A stretch of 64,000 bases of DNA from Dehalococcoidia bacterium. GTDB taxonomy: Bacteria > Chloroflexota > Dehalococcoidia > UBA2979. The position numbers and the translations under genes were made by a program. Below, in pieces: positions 1 through 8,144 of this stretch (positions are counted from its first letter, which is position 1; the number at the start of each line of letters is the position of its first letter). The stretch is from contig CAXXDN010000002.1 of the NCBI GenBank assembly GCA_963667465.2, positions 1,120,001 to 1,184,000 on the forward strand, given 5' to 3'. The notes beneath the pieces are model-generated. The model did no database searches. It saw only the letters and a list, made by a program, of their open reading frames with translations, and was not told where the DNA came from.

Positions 1-407
1 TCGGCGAGCGCGACGCGAAGGATGTCGCGCGACGCATGCAGCGGGGCGAGTTCGACCTCGAGGACTTCCTGACGCAGATGCAGCAGATGCAGCAGATGGG
101 CCCGATCTCGGGCCTGCTCGACATGCTGCCCGGGGCCGGCCAGATGAAGCAGCAGCTCGCCATCCCGGACGTGGGCGAGGACTTCTGGAAGCACAACGAG
201 GCGATCATCCTCTCGATGACCCCGGCCGAGCGCCGCCACCCGGAGCTCATCGATGGATCGCGCCGCCGCCGCATCGCCGCCGGGTCGGGCAAGCAGCCGG
301 CGGACGTGAACCGCCTGCTCAACCAGTACCGCGAGGCAAAGAAGCTGATGGTGGCGATGACCTCGGGCACGGGCGCGGGCGGCCTCGGGCGGTTGCTCGG
401 GCTGTAG
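1..407 (+). CDS. ffh: Signal recognition particle protein Ffh, C-terminal M domain (5' truncated by window edge)
   Basis: FDLEDFLTQMQQ..MGPISGLLDMLPG, AIILSMTPAER, SRRRRIAAGSG motifs; followed by rpsP. Confidence 0.95.
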   Translation, partial: GERDAKDVARRMQRGEFDLEDFLTQMQQMQQMGPISGLLDMLPGAGQMKQQLAIPDVGEDFWKHNEAIILSMTPAERRHPELIDGSRRRRIAAGSGKQPADVNRLLNQYREAKKLMVAMTSGTGAGGLGRLLGL

Positions 408-415
408 GGGGCCGG

Positions 416-448
416 CCCTCACCCCAACCCTCTCCCTCGGGGCGAGGG
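416..448. repeat. REP-like palindromic element CCCTCACCCCAACCCTCTCCC..GGGGCGAGGG
   Basis: Imperfect hairpin just after the ffh stop; resembles the widespread CCCTCTCCC/GGGAGAGGG intergenic repeat. Confidence 0.5.
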
Positions 449-541
449 CGCAGGTGGCCGGTGGCAGGCTGACGCTAGCGCGTGCGCGCGGTAGGCTGGC
501 CCACAGCGCTCGCGAGGGCGGGCGTAAGCGAGAGGCAACGC

Positions 542-862
542 GTGCTCCGTATCCGGCTCCGCCGCACCGGTCGTTCCAAGGCCCCCTACTACCGCGTGGT
601 CGTGGCCGACCAGCGCGCGCCGCGCGATGGCGACTTCGTCGAGATCATCGGGCACTACAACCCGCGCTCGGAGCCCAAGGAGCTGGTCTTCAAGGAAGAG
701 CGCGTGCGCCACTGGCTCTCCCAAGGCGCGCGCCCGAGCGAGACCGTGCACCGCCTGCTCCACCGCGAGGGCCTGATCGACGAGCCTCCGCGCCAGCGCC
801 TGTCCAAGCCGAGCCGTGCCGAGCGTGAGGCGGCCGCAGCCGCAGCCGCCGAGGACGCGTAG
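542..862 (+). CDS. rpsP: 30S ribosomal protein S16
   Basis: (V)LRIRLRRTG..PYYRVVVADQRAPRDG..E.IGHYNP; GTG start at 542. Confidence 0.95.
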   Translation: MLRIRLRRTGRSKAPYYRVVVADQRAPRDGDFVEIIGHYNPRSEPKELVFKEERVRHWLSQGARPSETVHRLLHREGLIDEPPRQRLSKPSRAEREAAAAAAAEDA

Positions 863-875
863 CGAAACGACACCG

Positions 876-1103
876 ATGAAAGAACTGATCGAGTACCTCG
901 CCCGCGGCCTCGCCTCCCGGCCCGACGAAATCGTCGTCGAGGCGGAAGAGCGCGGCGACCAGATCGTCTTCCACCTCGAATGCGCCGAGCAGGACAAGGG
1001 CCGCATCATCGGCCGCGAGGGCCGCGTCGTGAACGCGATGCGGTCACTGCTGCATGTCGCCAGCATCCGCGCCGGCGTGCGCACCTCGCTCAACATCGAG
1101 TAG
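876..1103 (+). CDS. khpA: KH-domain RNA-binding protein KhpA
   Basis: MKELIEYLARGL..DKGRIIGREGRVVNAMRSLL; canonical position between rpsP and rimM. Confidence 0.9.
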   Translation: MKELIEYLARGLASRPDEIVVEAEERGDQIVFHLECAEQDKGRIIGREGRVVNAMRSLLHVASIRAGVRTSLNIE

Positions 1104-1110
1104 CCCCGCC

Positions 1111-1731
1111 GTGCCCTCGCCGTCCCGGCCGTCACGGACGCGCCGGCAGCGCGGCGCCGCCGCCTCCCGCTCCGCCACCCGTCCAGCCCGCCGCCGCGAT
1201 CGCACGCCCGACGCCACCGAGGCCACGGGCGCACCCGGCCGCGTCGCCGTCGGGCGCATCAACAGCACCTGGGGGCTGCGCGGGCACGTCAAGGTCACGC
1301 CGCTCACCTCGAACCCGCAGCGTTTCCAGCCGGGCGCCGTCGTGTTCGTGCGCGGCGAGCCGCGGCGCATCCTCGACGTCGCCACTCCGCGCGGCTACCC
1401 CTGCATCGTCTTCGAGGGCTACGAGGACAGGACCGCGGCGGACGCGCTGCGCGATACGCTGATCGAGATCGCCGAGGACGAGTTGCCGGCCCTGCCCGAG
1501 GGCGAGTACTACGTCCACGACCTCGTCGGTCTCACCGTCCTCGACGCGGGCGGGCAGGCGATCGGCGAGTTGGCCGAGGTGCTGCGCACCGGCGCGAACG
1601 ACGTCTACCTCGTGCGCCGCGAGGGCGCACGCGACCTGCTCATCCCCGCCATCCCCGAGGTGATCCGCAATGTCGATCTGCCCGCGGGGCGGATGAGGAT
1701 CGACCCGCTGCCGGGGCTGCTCGAGGGCTGA
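1111..1731 (+). CDS. rimM: Ribosome maturation factor RimM
   Basis: VGRINSTWGLRGHVKV, LPEGEYYVHDLVG, TGANDVY, LLIPAI; start position uncertain. Confidence 0.92.
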   Translation: MPSPSRPSRTRRQRGAAASRSATRPARRRDRTPDATEATGAPGRVAVGRINSTWGLRGHVKVTPLTSNPQRFQPGAVVFVRGEPRRILDVATPRGYPCIVFEGYEDRTAADALRDTLIEIAEDELPALPEGEYYVHDLVGLTVLDAGGQAIGELAEVLRTGANDVYLVRREGARDLLIPAIPEVIRNVDLPAGRMRIDPLPGLLEG

Positions 1732-1811
1732 GCGGAGTCGTTCGCGCACGCTCCCGGCGCGGCGCGCGTGGTTTGCCGCTCGCCGGTGGGCGGCCCATAC
1801 TCGAAATCCGT

Positions 1812-1887
1812 GGGGGCGTAGCTCAGTCGGGAGAGCGCGGCGTTCGCAATGCCGAGGTCAGGGGTTCGAATCCCCTCGCCTCCACCA
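1812..1887 (+). tRNA. tRNA-Ala(CGC)
   Basis: Acceptor GGGGGCG/CGCCTCC with G3:U70, anticodon loop TT-CGC-AA, GTTCGAAT T-loop, encoded CCA. Confidence 0.96.
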
Positions 1888-1936
1888 CCCAGCCCGACCA
1901 CTCTCCAGGGCCGGACAGCCACCGCCGGAAGGGCCC

Positions 1937-3127
1937 ATGGACGGCTCCCTCGCAACCACCGCCCGCGAGCTCGACGAGATCGTCGAACGCGTCCGCGAGG
2001 CGGGCAGCTTCGCTTTCGACCTCGAGTTCGTCCCCGAGGGCCGCTACATCCCCGAGCTGGCGCTCGTGCAGGTCGCATGGGGCGACCCCGAGGACCCCGA
2101 ACTCGCTGCCATCGACCCCCTCGAGGTCGATGTGACGCCCTTCGCTGAGCTGGTCGGCGATGAGCAGATCGAGACGCTGGTGCACGCCGCGCAGGCGGAC
2201 CTCGCGATCCTCGCGGGCAGCTTCGAGACGGAGGGCCGCGCGGTCCGCGATACGCAGATCGCCGCCGCGTTCGCCGGCTACGGCGACCAGATCGGCTACG
2301 CGGCGCTCGTGCAGAGCACGCTCGGCGTGCGGCTGCACAAGGGCTCGCAGTACACGGAGTGGCTGCGCCGGCCGCTCTCGCGGACGCAACTCACGTACGC
2401 CCTCGACGACGTCCGCTACCTCGCGCGCGTCTGGGGCGAACTGCACGCCCGCCTCGCCGGCGGGGAGCGGCTCGCATGGGCGCTCGAGGAGTGCCAGCAA
2501 CTCGCGGCCACGGCCTGGCGGCGGCCCGCGCCCGACGAGAGCTACCGCCGCGTGAAGGGCTGGGCGCGCCTCAGCGGCCCGGAGCGCGGCGCGCTGCGCG
2601 AGCTGGCCGCATGGCGCGAGCGCGAAGCGCTGCGCGGCAACCGCCCGCCCTCGCGCGTGCTCAACGACCGCTCGCTGCTCGAACTCGCCCGCACCGGGCC
2701 ATCGAGCGAGGACGGATTGCGCGCCGTCCGCGGTGTCGACGAGGGCATCGTGCGACGCCACGGCGGGCGGCTGCTGGCGGCGATCGAGGAGGGCGCGGCC
2801 CGCCCGATCGACCGCGAGCCCTCGCGCGCGCCTCTGTCGGCCGCGGGCGAGGTCTGGGCCACGGCGCTGCACGGGCTCGTGCGCGCACTCGCGCTGGAAG
2901 CCGGGATCGCCCCGCGCTTCCTCGGGCCGCGCAGCGAGATCGAGGCGGTCGTGCGCTGGTGGATCGAGGGCGACCGTGAGTCGCCGCCACCCCTGCCGCT
3001 GCTGGAAGGCTGGCGCGGCGCACTGGCCGGAGACGCGATCCTCGCCTGGCTCGGCGGCGAGGCGGCGCTTGTCGCCGACCCCGACTCCGAGGCGGGCGTG
3101 CGGCTGGAGCCGCGCACGCAGCGCTAG
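1937..3127 (+). CDS. rnd: Ribonuclease D (3'-5' exonuclease + HRDC)
   Basis: AFDLEF, LVHAAQADL, DTQIAAAF, WLRRPLS..QLTYALDDV, HRDC-like WREREA..RVLND. Confidence 0.9.
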   Translation: MDGSLATTARELDEIVERVREAGSFAFDLEFVPEGRYIPELALVQVAWGDPEDPELAAIDPLEVDVTPFAELVGDEQIETLVHAAQADLAILAGSFETEGRAVRDTQIAAAFAGYGDQIGYAALVQSTLGVRLHKGSQYTEWLRRPLSRTQLTYALDDVRYLARVWGELHARLAGGERLAWALEECQQLAATAWRRPAPDESYRRVKGWARLSGPERGALRELAAWREREALRGNRPPSRVLNDRSLLELARTGPSSEDGLRAVRGVDEGIVRRHGGRLLAAIEEGAARPIDREPSRAPLSAAGEVWATALHGLVRALALEAGIAPRFLGPRSEIEAVVRWWIEGDRESPPPLPLLEGWRGALAGDAILAWLGGEAALVADPDSEAGVRLEPRTQR

Positions 3128-3152
3128 GCTGCCTCCGCGCTACACTCTTCCC

Positions 3153-4766
3153 ATGCACACGCAGATCAAGAAGATCGTGATCGTGGGCGGCGGAACCGCC
3201 GGCTGGCTCTCCGCCATCCACCTCTCGCGCTTCTGGAAGCGCGGGCGCGGCAACGACGACCTCGAGATCGTCGTCGTCGAGGCGCCCGACATCCCGATCG
3301 TCGGCGTCGGCGAGGCGACGACCGGGCTCTTCACCACCTTCATCCGCAACCTCTCGAACGAGCGCGAGTTCCTGCGCGAGACGAAGGCCTCGTTCAAGCT
3401 CGGCATCCTGCACCGCAACTGGACGGGCGACGGCTCGTACTACCTCGGCCCACTCAACGACGACCGCCAGCTCGGCATTCCCGCGCTGCCGCCGGAGACG
3501 TTCCCCTACTTCTTCGCCGCCTCCGTCGCCGAGGGCGAACCGGCCTGGGAAAACGTGCTCAACTCGCGGCTGATGCTCGACCACCTCGCGCCCTACAGCC
3601 GCCCGCCCGGACAGCCCGAGCAGAGCGCCTGGGACTACGCCTACCACTTCGACACCCACATCGTCGGGGCCTACCTGCGCTCGAAGTGCGAGGGCGTCAC
3701 GCACATCGAGGGCACCGTCGAGGCGGTCAACCTCGAGCCGGGCAACGGGCACGTGCGCAGCGTGACGCTCGCCGACGGCCGGGAGATCGAGGGCGACTTC
3801 TTCCTCGACTGCTCCGGTTTCCGCAAGCTGATCATCGGCGGGGCGTACGAAGAGGAGTGGATCTCCTACGCCGAGCACCTGCCGGTGAACCGCGCCCTGC
3901 CCTTCTCCGTGCCGCACGAGGAGGACGCCTCGATTCCCTCGTACACGCACGCCTGGGCGCTCTCCGCCGGCTGGCTGTGGCAGATCCCGACGCAGGAGCG
4001 GCTGGGCTGCGGCTACGCCTACTGCGACGACTTCATCAGCCGGGACGAGGCGCAGGCCGAGGTCGAGGCGGCGCTCGGCCACACGATCGAACCCTGGGGC
4101 GACATCCCCATCGCGAGCGGCCGCTTCCGCCGGCTGTGGGTCAAGAACTGCGTCGCGGTCGGGCTCTCCGGCGCGTTCAGCGAACCGCTCGAGTCCACCT
4201 CGATCCACGGCACGCTGGTCCAGCTGCTCGTGCTGGTCCAAGAGTACCTGACGGATCACTTCGACTTCGACGCTGAGCCGATCCTCGATCGCTACAACCG
4301 GCGGATGGGCCGGATGTACGACGACTTCCGCGACTTCCTGGTGATGCACTACCAGGGCGGCCGCGACGACACCGAGTTCTGGCGATCGATCGGGATCAAC
4401 GACTCGGCACGCGAACGCCTCAACCTGTGGAGGCACAAGACGCCGATCAGCTCGGACCTCGACCCCTACTTCGGGGCGATCGACATGAAGCTCTGGTTCT
4501 TCACGCTGGACGGCCTCGGCTTGCTCGACCCCGAAGTCGCAAGGCGGGAGCTGGACTACTACGGCCTCTGGGACGACGCGAAGCGGGCACACCGCGAGCA
4601 GCGCACCCGGGGCGACGCCTTCGTGCGTCACGCGGTCCCGCACGCGCGCTACCTGGAGCGGGCGGCCACGGCTCCCGAAGCGCCCTCGCAGCCGCTCTCG
4701 GCAGCCCGCCCGCGCCAGCAGCGGCTCAGCCGCGCCGAGCGGCGCCGCCGCTCCCGAGGCGGCTAG
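3153..4766 (+). CDS. Flavin-dependent halogenase (tryptophan halogenase family)
   Basis: GGGTAGW FAD motif, VGVGEAT, ASFKLGI (catalytic Lys), WLWQIP (WxWxIP), FSEPLESTSI. Confidence 0.9.
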   Translation: MHTQIKKIVIVGGGTAGWLSAIHLSRFWKRGRGNDDLEIVVVEAPDIPIVGVGEATTGLFTTFIRNLSNEREFLRETKASFKLGILHRNWTGDGSYYLGPLNDDRQLGIPALPPETFPYFFAASVAEGEPAWENVLNSRLMLDHLAPYSRPPGQPEQSAWDYAYHFDTHIVGAYLRSKCEGVTHIEGTVEAVNLEPGNGHVRSVTLADGREIEGDFFLDCSGFRKLIIGGAYEEEWISYAEHLPVNRALPFSVPHEEDASIPSYTHAWALSAGWLWQIPTQERLGCGYAYCDDFISRDEAQAEVEAALGHTIEPWGDIPIASGRFRRLWVKNCVAVGLSGAFSEPLESTSIHGTLVQLLVLVQEYLTDHFDFDAEPILDRYNRRMGRMYDDFRDFLVMHYQGGRDDTEFWRSIGINDSARERLNLWRHKTPISSDLDPYFGAIDMKLWFFTLDGLGLLDPEVARRELDYYGLWDDAKRAHREQRTRGDAFVRHAVPHARYLERAATAPEAPSQPLSAARPRQQRLSRAERRRRSRGG

Positions 4767-4839
4767 CAGGGTGCTGCTGAGGCGCCCACCCCACGGACAC
4801 GGTGCGTTCGGGGGCGCCGCCGCATAGATTGGTTGGTGC

Positions 4840-4914
4840 GCCCTCGTAGCTCAGGGGATAGAGCAAGGGATTCCTAATCCCTGTGCGGAGGTTCGAATCC
4901 TCCCGAGGGCACCA
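4840..4914 (+). tRNA. tRNA-Arg(CCT)
   Basis: Acceptor GCCCTCG/CGAGGGC, anticodon arm AGGGA-TTCCTAA-TCCCT, GTTCGAAT, CCA. Confidence 0.95.
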
Positions 4915-5006
4915 GCACCGCTCCCGGGCGCCCGCCTCGTGCTGGACCGAGCGGCGCGCGCTCGGCAGACTATGAGCAGACGGCGCGACGAGTCTCGGAG
5001 GCCGGG

Positions 5007-5210
5007 ATGGCGACCATCGCCCAGGAACTGGAACAGCAGATCCTCGACGCCCTCGCTGAGGGCGAGGACCTGAGCAAGGCCGACCTCGCAAAGCGCATCC
5101 CCGAGATCGAGGCCGCACACCTCGCCACGGCGCTGCGCACGCTCAAGCGCGGGCGCGGCATCGTCGTGAGTAGCGACGGCAGCAAGCGCGTTTACCGGCT
5201 CGCCGATTAG
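5007..5210 (+). CDS. Small winged-helix-like protein (67 aa)
   Basis: GGAGG RBS; ILDALAEGEDLSKADLA..ALRTLKRG..IVV..G..RVYRL pattern. Confidence 0.6.
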   Translation: MATIAQELEQQILDALAEGEDLSKADLAKRIPEIEAAHLATALRTLKRGRGIVVSSDGSKRVYRLAD

Positions 5211-5237
5211 CGCCTGCCGGCACGGGATACCCAGCTC

Positions 5238-6608
5238 ATGAGCACACCGCTCGATGACGCGACGCTGAACCACGCTCGCGCCGAGCGGCGCGCACGCATC
5301 ATCCGCCTCGTCCGCCCCTTCCAGGAGTTCTTGCACACCGAGGCGGCCAGCGGCATCGCCATCATCAGCGCGGTGGTGTTCGCACTGATCGCCGCCAACA
5401 CGCCCCTCTCCGACCTCTACGGAGAGATTGTCCACTATCACATCGCGGTGGACGTCGGGTTCTTCCAGCTTGATGCCGGGCTGCAGCACTGGGTCAACGA
5501 CGGCCTGATGGTGATCTTCTTCTTTGTCGTTGGGATGGAGATCAAGCGCGAGGTCGTCGCCGGCGAACTGTCCGGCGGCCGCAAGGTCTGGGCGCCGGTT
5601 GCCGCTGCGGCCGGAGGCATGATCGTCCCCGTCGTCATCTTCCTCGCGCTCGTCGAGGGCGACACCGCCCGCGAGGGCTGGGCGATCCCGATGGCGACCG
5701 ACATCGCCATCGCCGTCGGCGTTCTGACGCTCGTCGGGTCGCGGGTTCCCGCCGGACTGAAGGTGCTGCTGCTCGCCCTCGCGATCGTGGACGACATCGG
5801 CGCAATTGCCGTCATCGCCATCTTCTACACCGACAACATCGATCTCGCGGCGCTGGCGATCACGATCGGACTGCTCGGCCTCGTGCTGCTCATGAGCTTC
5901 AACGGCATCAAGGTGGTGTCGCTCTACGTCGCGGTCGGCCTGGTGGCCTGGATGATGGCCCACAACTCGGGAGTCCATCCAACCATCCTCGGCGTCGCGC
6001 TGGGGCTGATGACGCCGCTACAGCCGTGGTACCGCAGCACCGCGCTTCCAGACCTCGCCGAGGCGCTGCTCAGCCGGATCCGCGCCCGCGAGTCCGCGCC
6101 CGACGACGACGACGAGGCGCACCACGAGCGGGTGGGCGCCCTGCTCACGCTCGGTGAACTCAGCGAGCAGGCAATCTCGCCACTCGACCGCATCGAGCAC
6201 CGCGTGCTGCCCTGGTCGGCGTTCCTCATCGTCCCGCTCTTCGCCTTCGTCAACGCCGGCGTCGACTTGCGCGGCGGGGCGCTCGAGGAAGCAGCCTCCT
6301 CGACGCTCGCGCTGGGCGTCGGGCTCGGGCTGCTTGTCGGCAAGCCTGTCGGCGCGACGCTCGCCGCCTGGATAGCCGTGCGCCTCGGAGCCGAACTCCC
6401 GGCAGGCGTCACCTGGCCCGGCGTCGCCGGCGTCGGCCTCATCGCCGGCATCGGGTTCACCGTCGCGCTGTTCGTAACCGAGCTGTCCTTCGATGACGAG
6501 ACGCTGCTGGCGCAGGCCAAGGTCGGTATCTTCATCGCCTCAGTCGTGGCCGGACTGGTCGGACTGGCCATCATGCGTTTCCTCGTCCCCATACGCGAAG
6601 AGTCATGA
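5238..6608 (+). CDS. nhaA: Na+/H+ antiporter NhaA
   Basis: WVNDGLM..FFFVVGMEIKRE, GWAIPMATDIA, LAIVDD, GIGFTV. Confidence 0.95.
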   Translation: MSTPLDDATLNHARAERRARIIRLVRPFQEFLHTEAASGIAIISAVVFALIAANTPLSDLYGEIVHYHIAVDVGFFQLDAGLQHWVNDGLMVIFFFVVGMEIKREVVAGELSGGRKVWAPVAAAAGGMIVPVVIFLALVEGDTAREGWAIPMATDIAIAVGVLTLVGSRVPAGLKVLLLALAIVDDIGAIAVIAIFYTDNIDLAALAITIGLLGLVLLMSFNGIKVVSLYVAVGLVAWMMAHNSGVHPTILGVALGLMTPLQPWYRSTALPDLAEALLSRIRARESAPDDDDEAHHERVGALLTLGELSEQAISPLDRIEHRVLPWSAFLIVPLFAFVNAGVDLRGGALEEAASSTLALGVGLGLLVGKPVGATLAAWIAVRLGAELPAGVTWPGVAGVGLIAGIGFTVALFVTELSFDDETLLAQAKVGIFIASVVAGLVGLAIMRFLVPIREES

Positions 6609-7927
6609 CCGCGCCCGCCTTCCCGGCGGCCGTCTTCGCGAGGCGTCGCGCGCGCCTGATGCGCCGCCTGCCACGCGACAGCGCCGCGGTCTTCGGCGCC
6701 GGCCGCGAGGCGCAACGCAACGGCGACGTCGACTATCCCTTCCGCCAGCGCTCCAGCTTCTACTACCTCACCGGCCTCGAGGAGCCGGACGCCGTCGCCG
6801 TGCTCCGCCCCGGCCACGAGCAACCGTTTGTGCTGCTCGTGCGCCCCTATGACCCCGAGACCGCCATCTGGGACGGACCGCGCCTCGGCGTCGAGGGCGC
6901 GACCGCCGAGCTCGGCGCCGACACCGCCTACCCGATCGGCGAACTCGCCGATCAGCTGCCGAAGCTGCTCGGCGAGGCGCGAACCGTCGCCTTCTCGCTC
7001 GGCAGCGACGAGCGTCTCGAGCGGCTGATCTCGCGCATCGTCGCCGGGCGGCGCGCCGGAGCGCAGCGTGGGACTCCGGCGATCGAGCGGCTGATCGACC
7101 CGGCCCCGCTCGTCGACGCGCTGCGCCTGATCAAGACGCGCGAGGAGATCACGGCGCTGCAGCGCGCGATCGACATCACCGGCGCAGGCATCGAGGCGGC
7201 GATGCGCGCGACCCGCCCCGGCCTGCACGAGTACGAGGTGCAGGCCGTCCTCGAGGCCGAGTTCCGCCGCCTGGGTTCACCGCGCGACGGCTTCCCCTCG
7301 ATCGTCGCGGCGGGCGTCAACTCCTGCACCCTGCACTACACCGACAACCGCGCGCCGATCGCCAACGGCGACCTGCTGCTGCTCGACGTGGGCGCCGAGG
7401 TCGACTACTACGGCGCGGACGTGAGCCGCACCTTCCCCGCGAACGGCCGCTTCCGCGCCGCTCAGCGCGATGTCTACGAGGTCGTGCTCGCCGCGCAGCG
7501 CGAGGCGACCGGGTTGGTGGCGCCGGGCGTCCGCTTCCACGACGTGCACGAGCGCGCCCGGCGCGTCATCACCGAGGGTTTACGCGACCTCGGGGTCATC
7601 GAGGGCCGGCTGCCGACGCTGCTCAAGCAGGAGGCGAGCCGCCCGTATTTCATGCACGGCACCTCGCACTGGCTCGGCATGGACGTGCACGACGCCGGGC
7701 TCTACCGCGAGGACGGCGAGTCGGTGGTGCTGCGGCCGGGGATGGTGCTGACGGTGGAGCCGGGTCTTTACTTCGCGCCCGGCCTGCGCGGCGTGCCGCG
7801 CCGGCTGCGCGGCATCGGCGTGCGCATCGAGGACGACGTGCTCGTCACGCGCAACGGCCACCGCGTGCTCTCCGAGGCGATCCCGAAGGACCCGGACGCC
7901 ATCGAGGCGATCGTCGGCGAGGGCTGA
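6605..7927 (+). CDS. pepP: Xaa-Pro aminopeptidase P (M24B)
   Basis: FRQRSSFYYLTG, LHY, D.G...ADVSRTFP, HGTSHWLGMDVHD, TVEPGLY, GVRIEDDV; ATGA overlap with nhaA. Confidence 0.93.
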   Translation: MTAPAFPAAVFARRRARLMRRLPRDSAAVFGAGREAQRNGDVDYPFRQRSSFYYLTGLEEPDAVAVLRPGHEQPFVLLVRPYDPETAIWDGPRLGVEGATAELGADTAYPIGELADQLPKLLGEARTVAFSLGSDERLERLISRIVAGRRAGAQRGTPAIERLIDPAPLVDALRLIKTREEITALQRAIDITGAGIEAAMRATRPGLHEYEVQAVLEAEFRRLGSPRDGFPSIVAAGVNSCTLHYTDNRAPIANGDLLLLDVGAEVDYYGADVSRTFPANGRFRAAQRDVYEVVLAAQREATGLVAPGVRFHDVHERARRVITEGLRDLGVIEGRLPTLLKQEASRPYFMHGTSHWLGMDVHDAGLYREDGESVVLRPGMVLTVEPGLYFAPGLRGVPRRLRGIGVRIEDDVLVTRNGHRVLSEAIPKDPDAIEAIVGEG

Positions 7928-7967
7928 TCACCGGCTTCCACACGAATTGCTCAGGCGCGTTCTCGCA

Positions 7968-7997
7968 TTGACAACACGCCCCGAAAATGGCTAATCT
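7968..7997 (+). promoter_or_regulatory. Candidate sigma70 promoter for nrdJ
   Basis: TTGACA (7968-7973), 18-nt spacer, TAATCT (7992-7997). Confidence 0.5.
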
Positions 7998-8144
7998 GCC
8001 GTCCCTTGACGCTCACTCGCTCAAGCAGGTGCGCAGTGCCGAAACGCACCTGCCTGCGGTGATTTCCGGGCTCAGGGGTATCGGGGGGGCGCGGGCGGCG
8101 AGATGCCGCCGAGCGCGATTACGGGCGCTACGCGGGAGCAGATC

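Noticed and set aside
7930-8144. Cobalamin riboswitch or NrdR box upstream of nrdJ
   Set aside because: No recognisable B12-box or NrdR palindrome seen by eye
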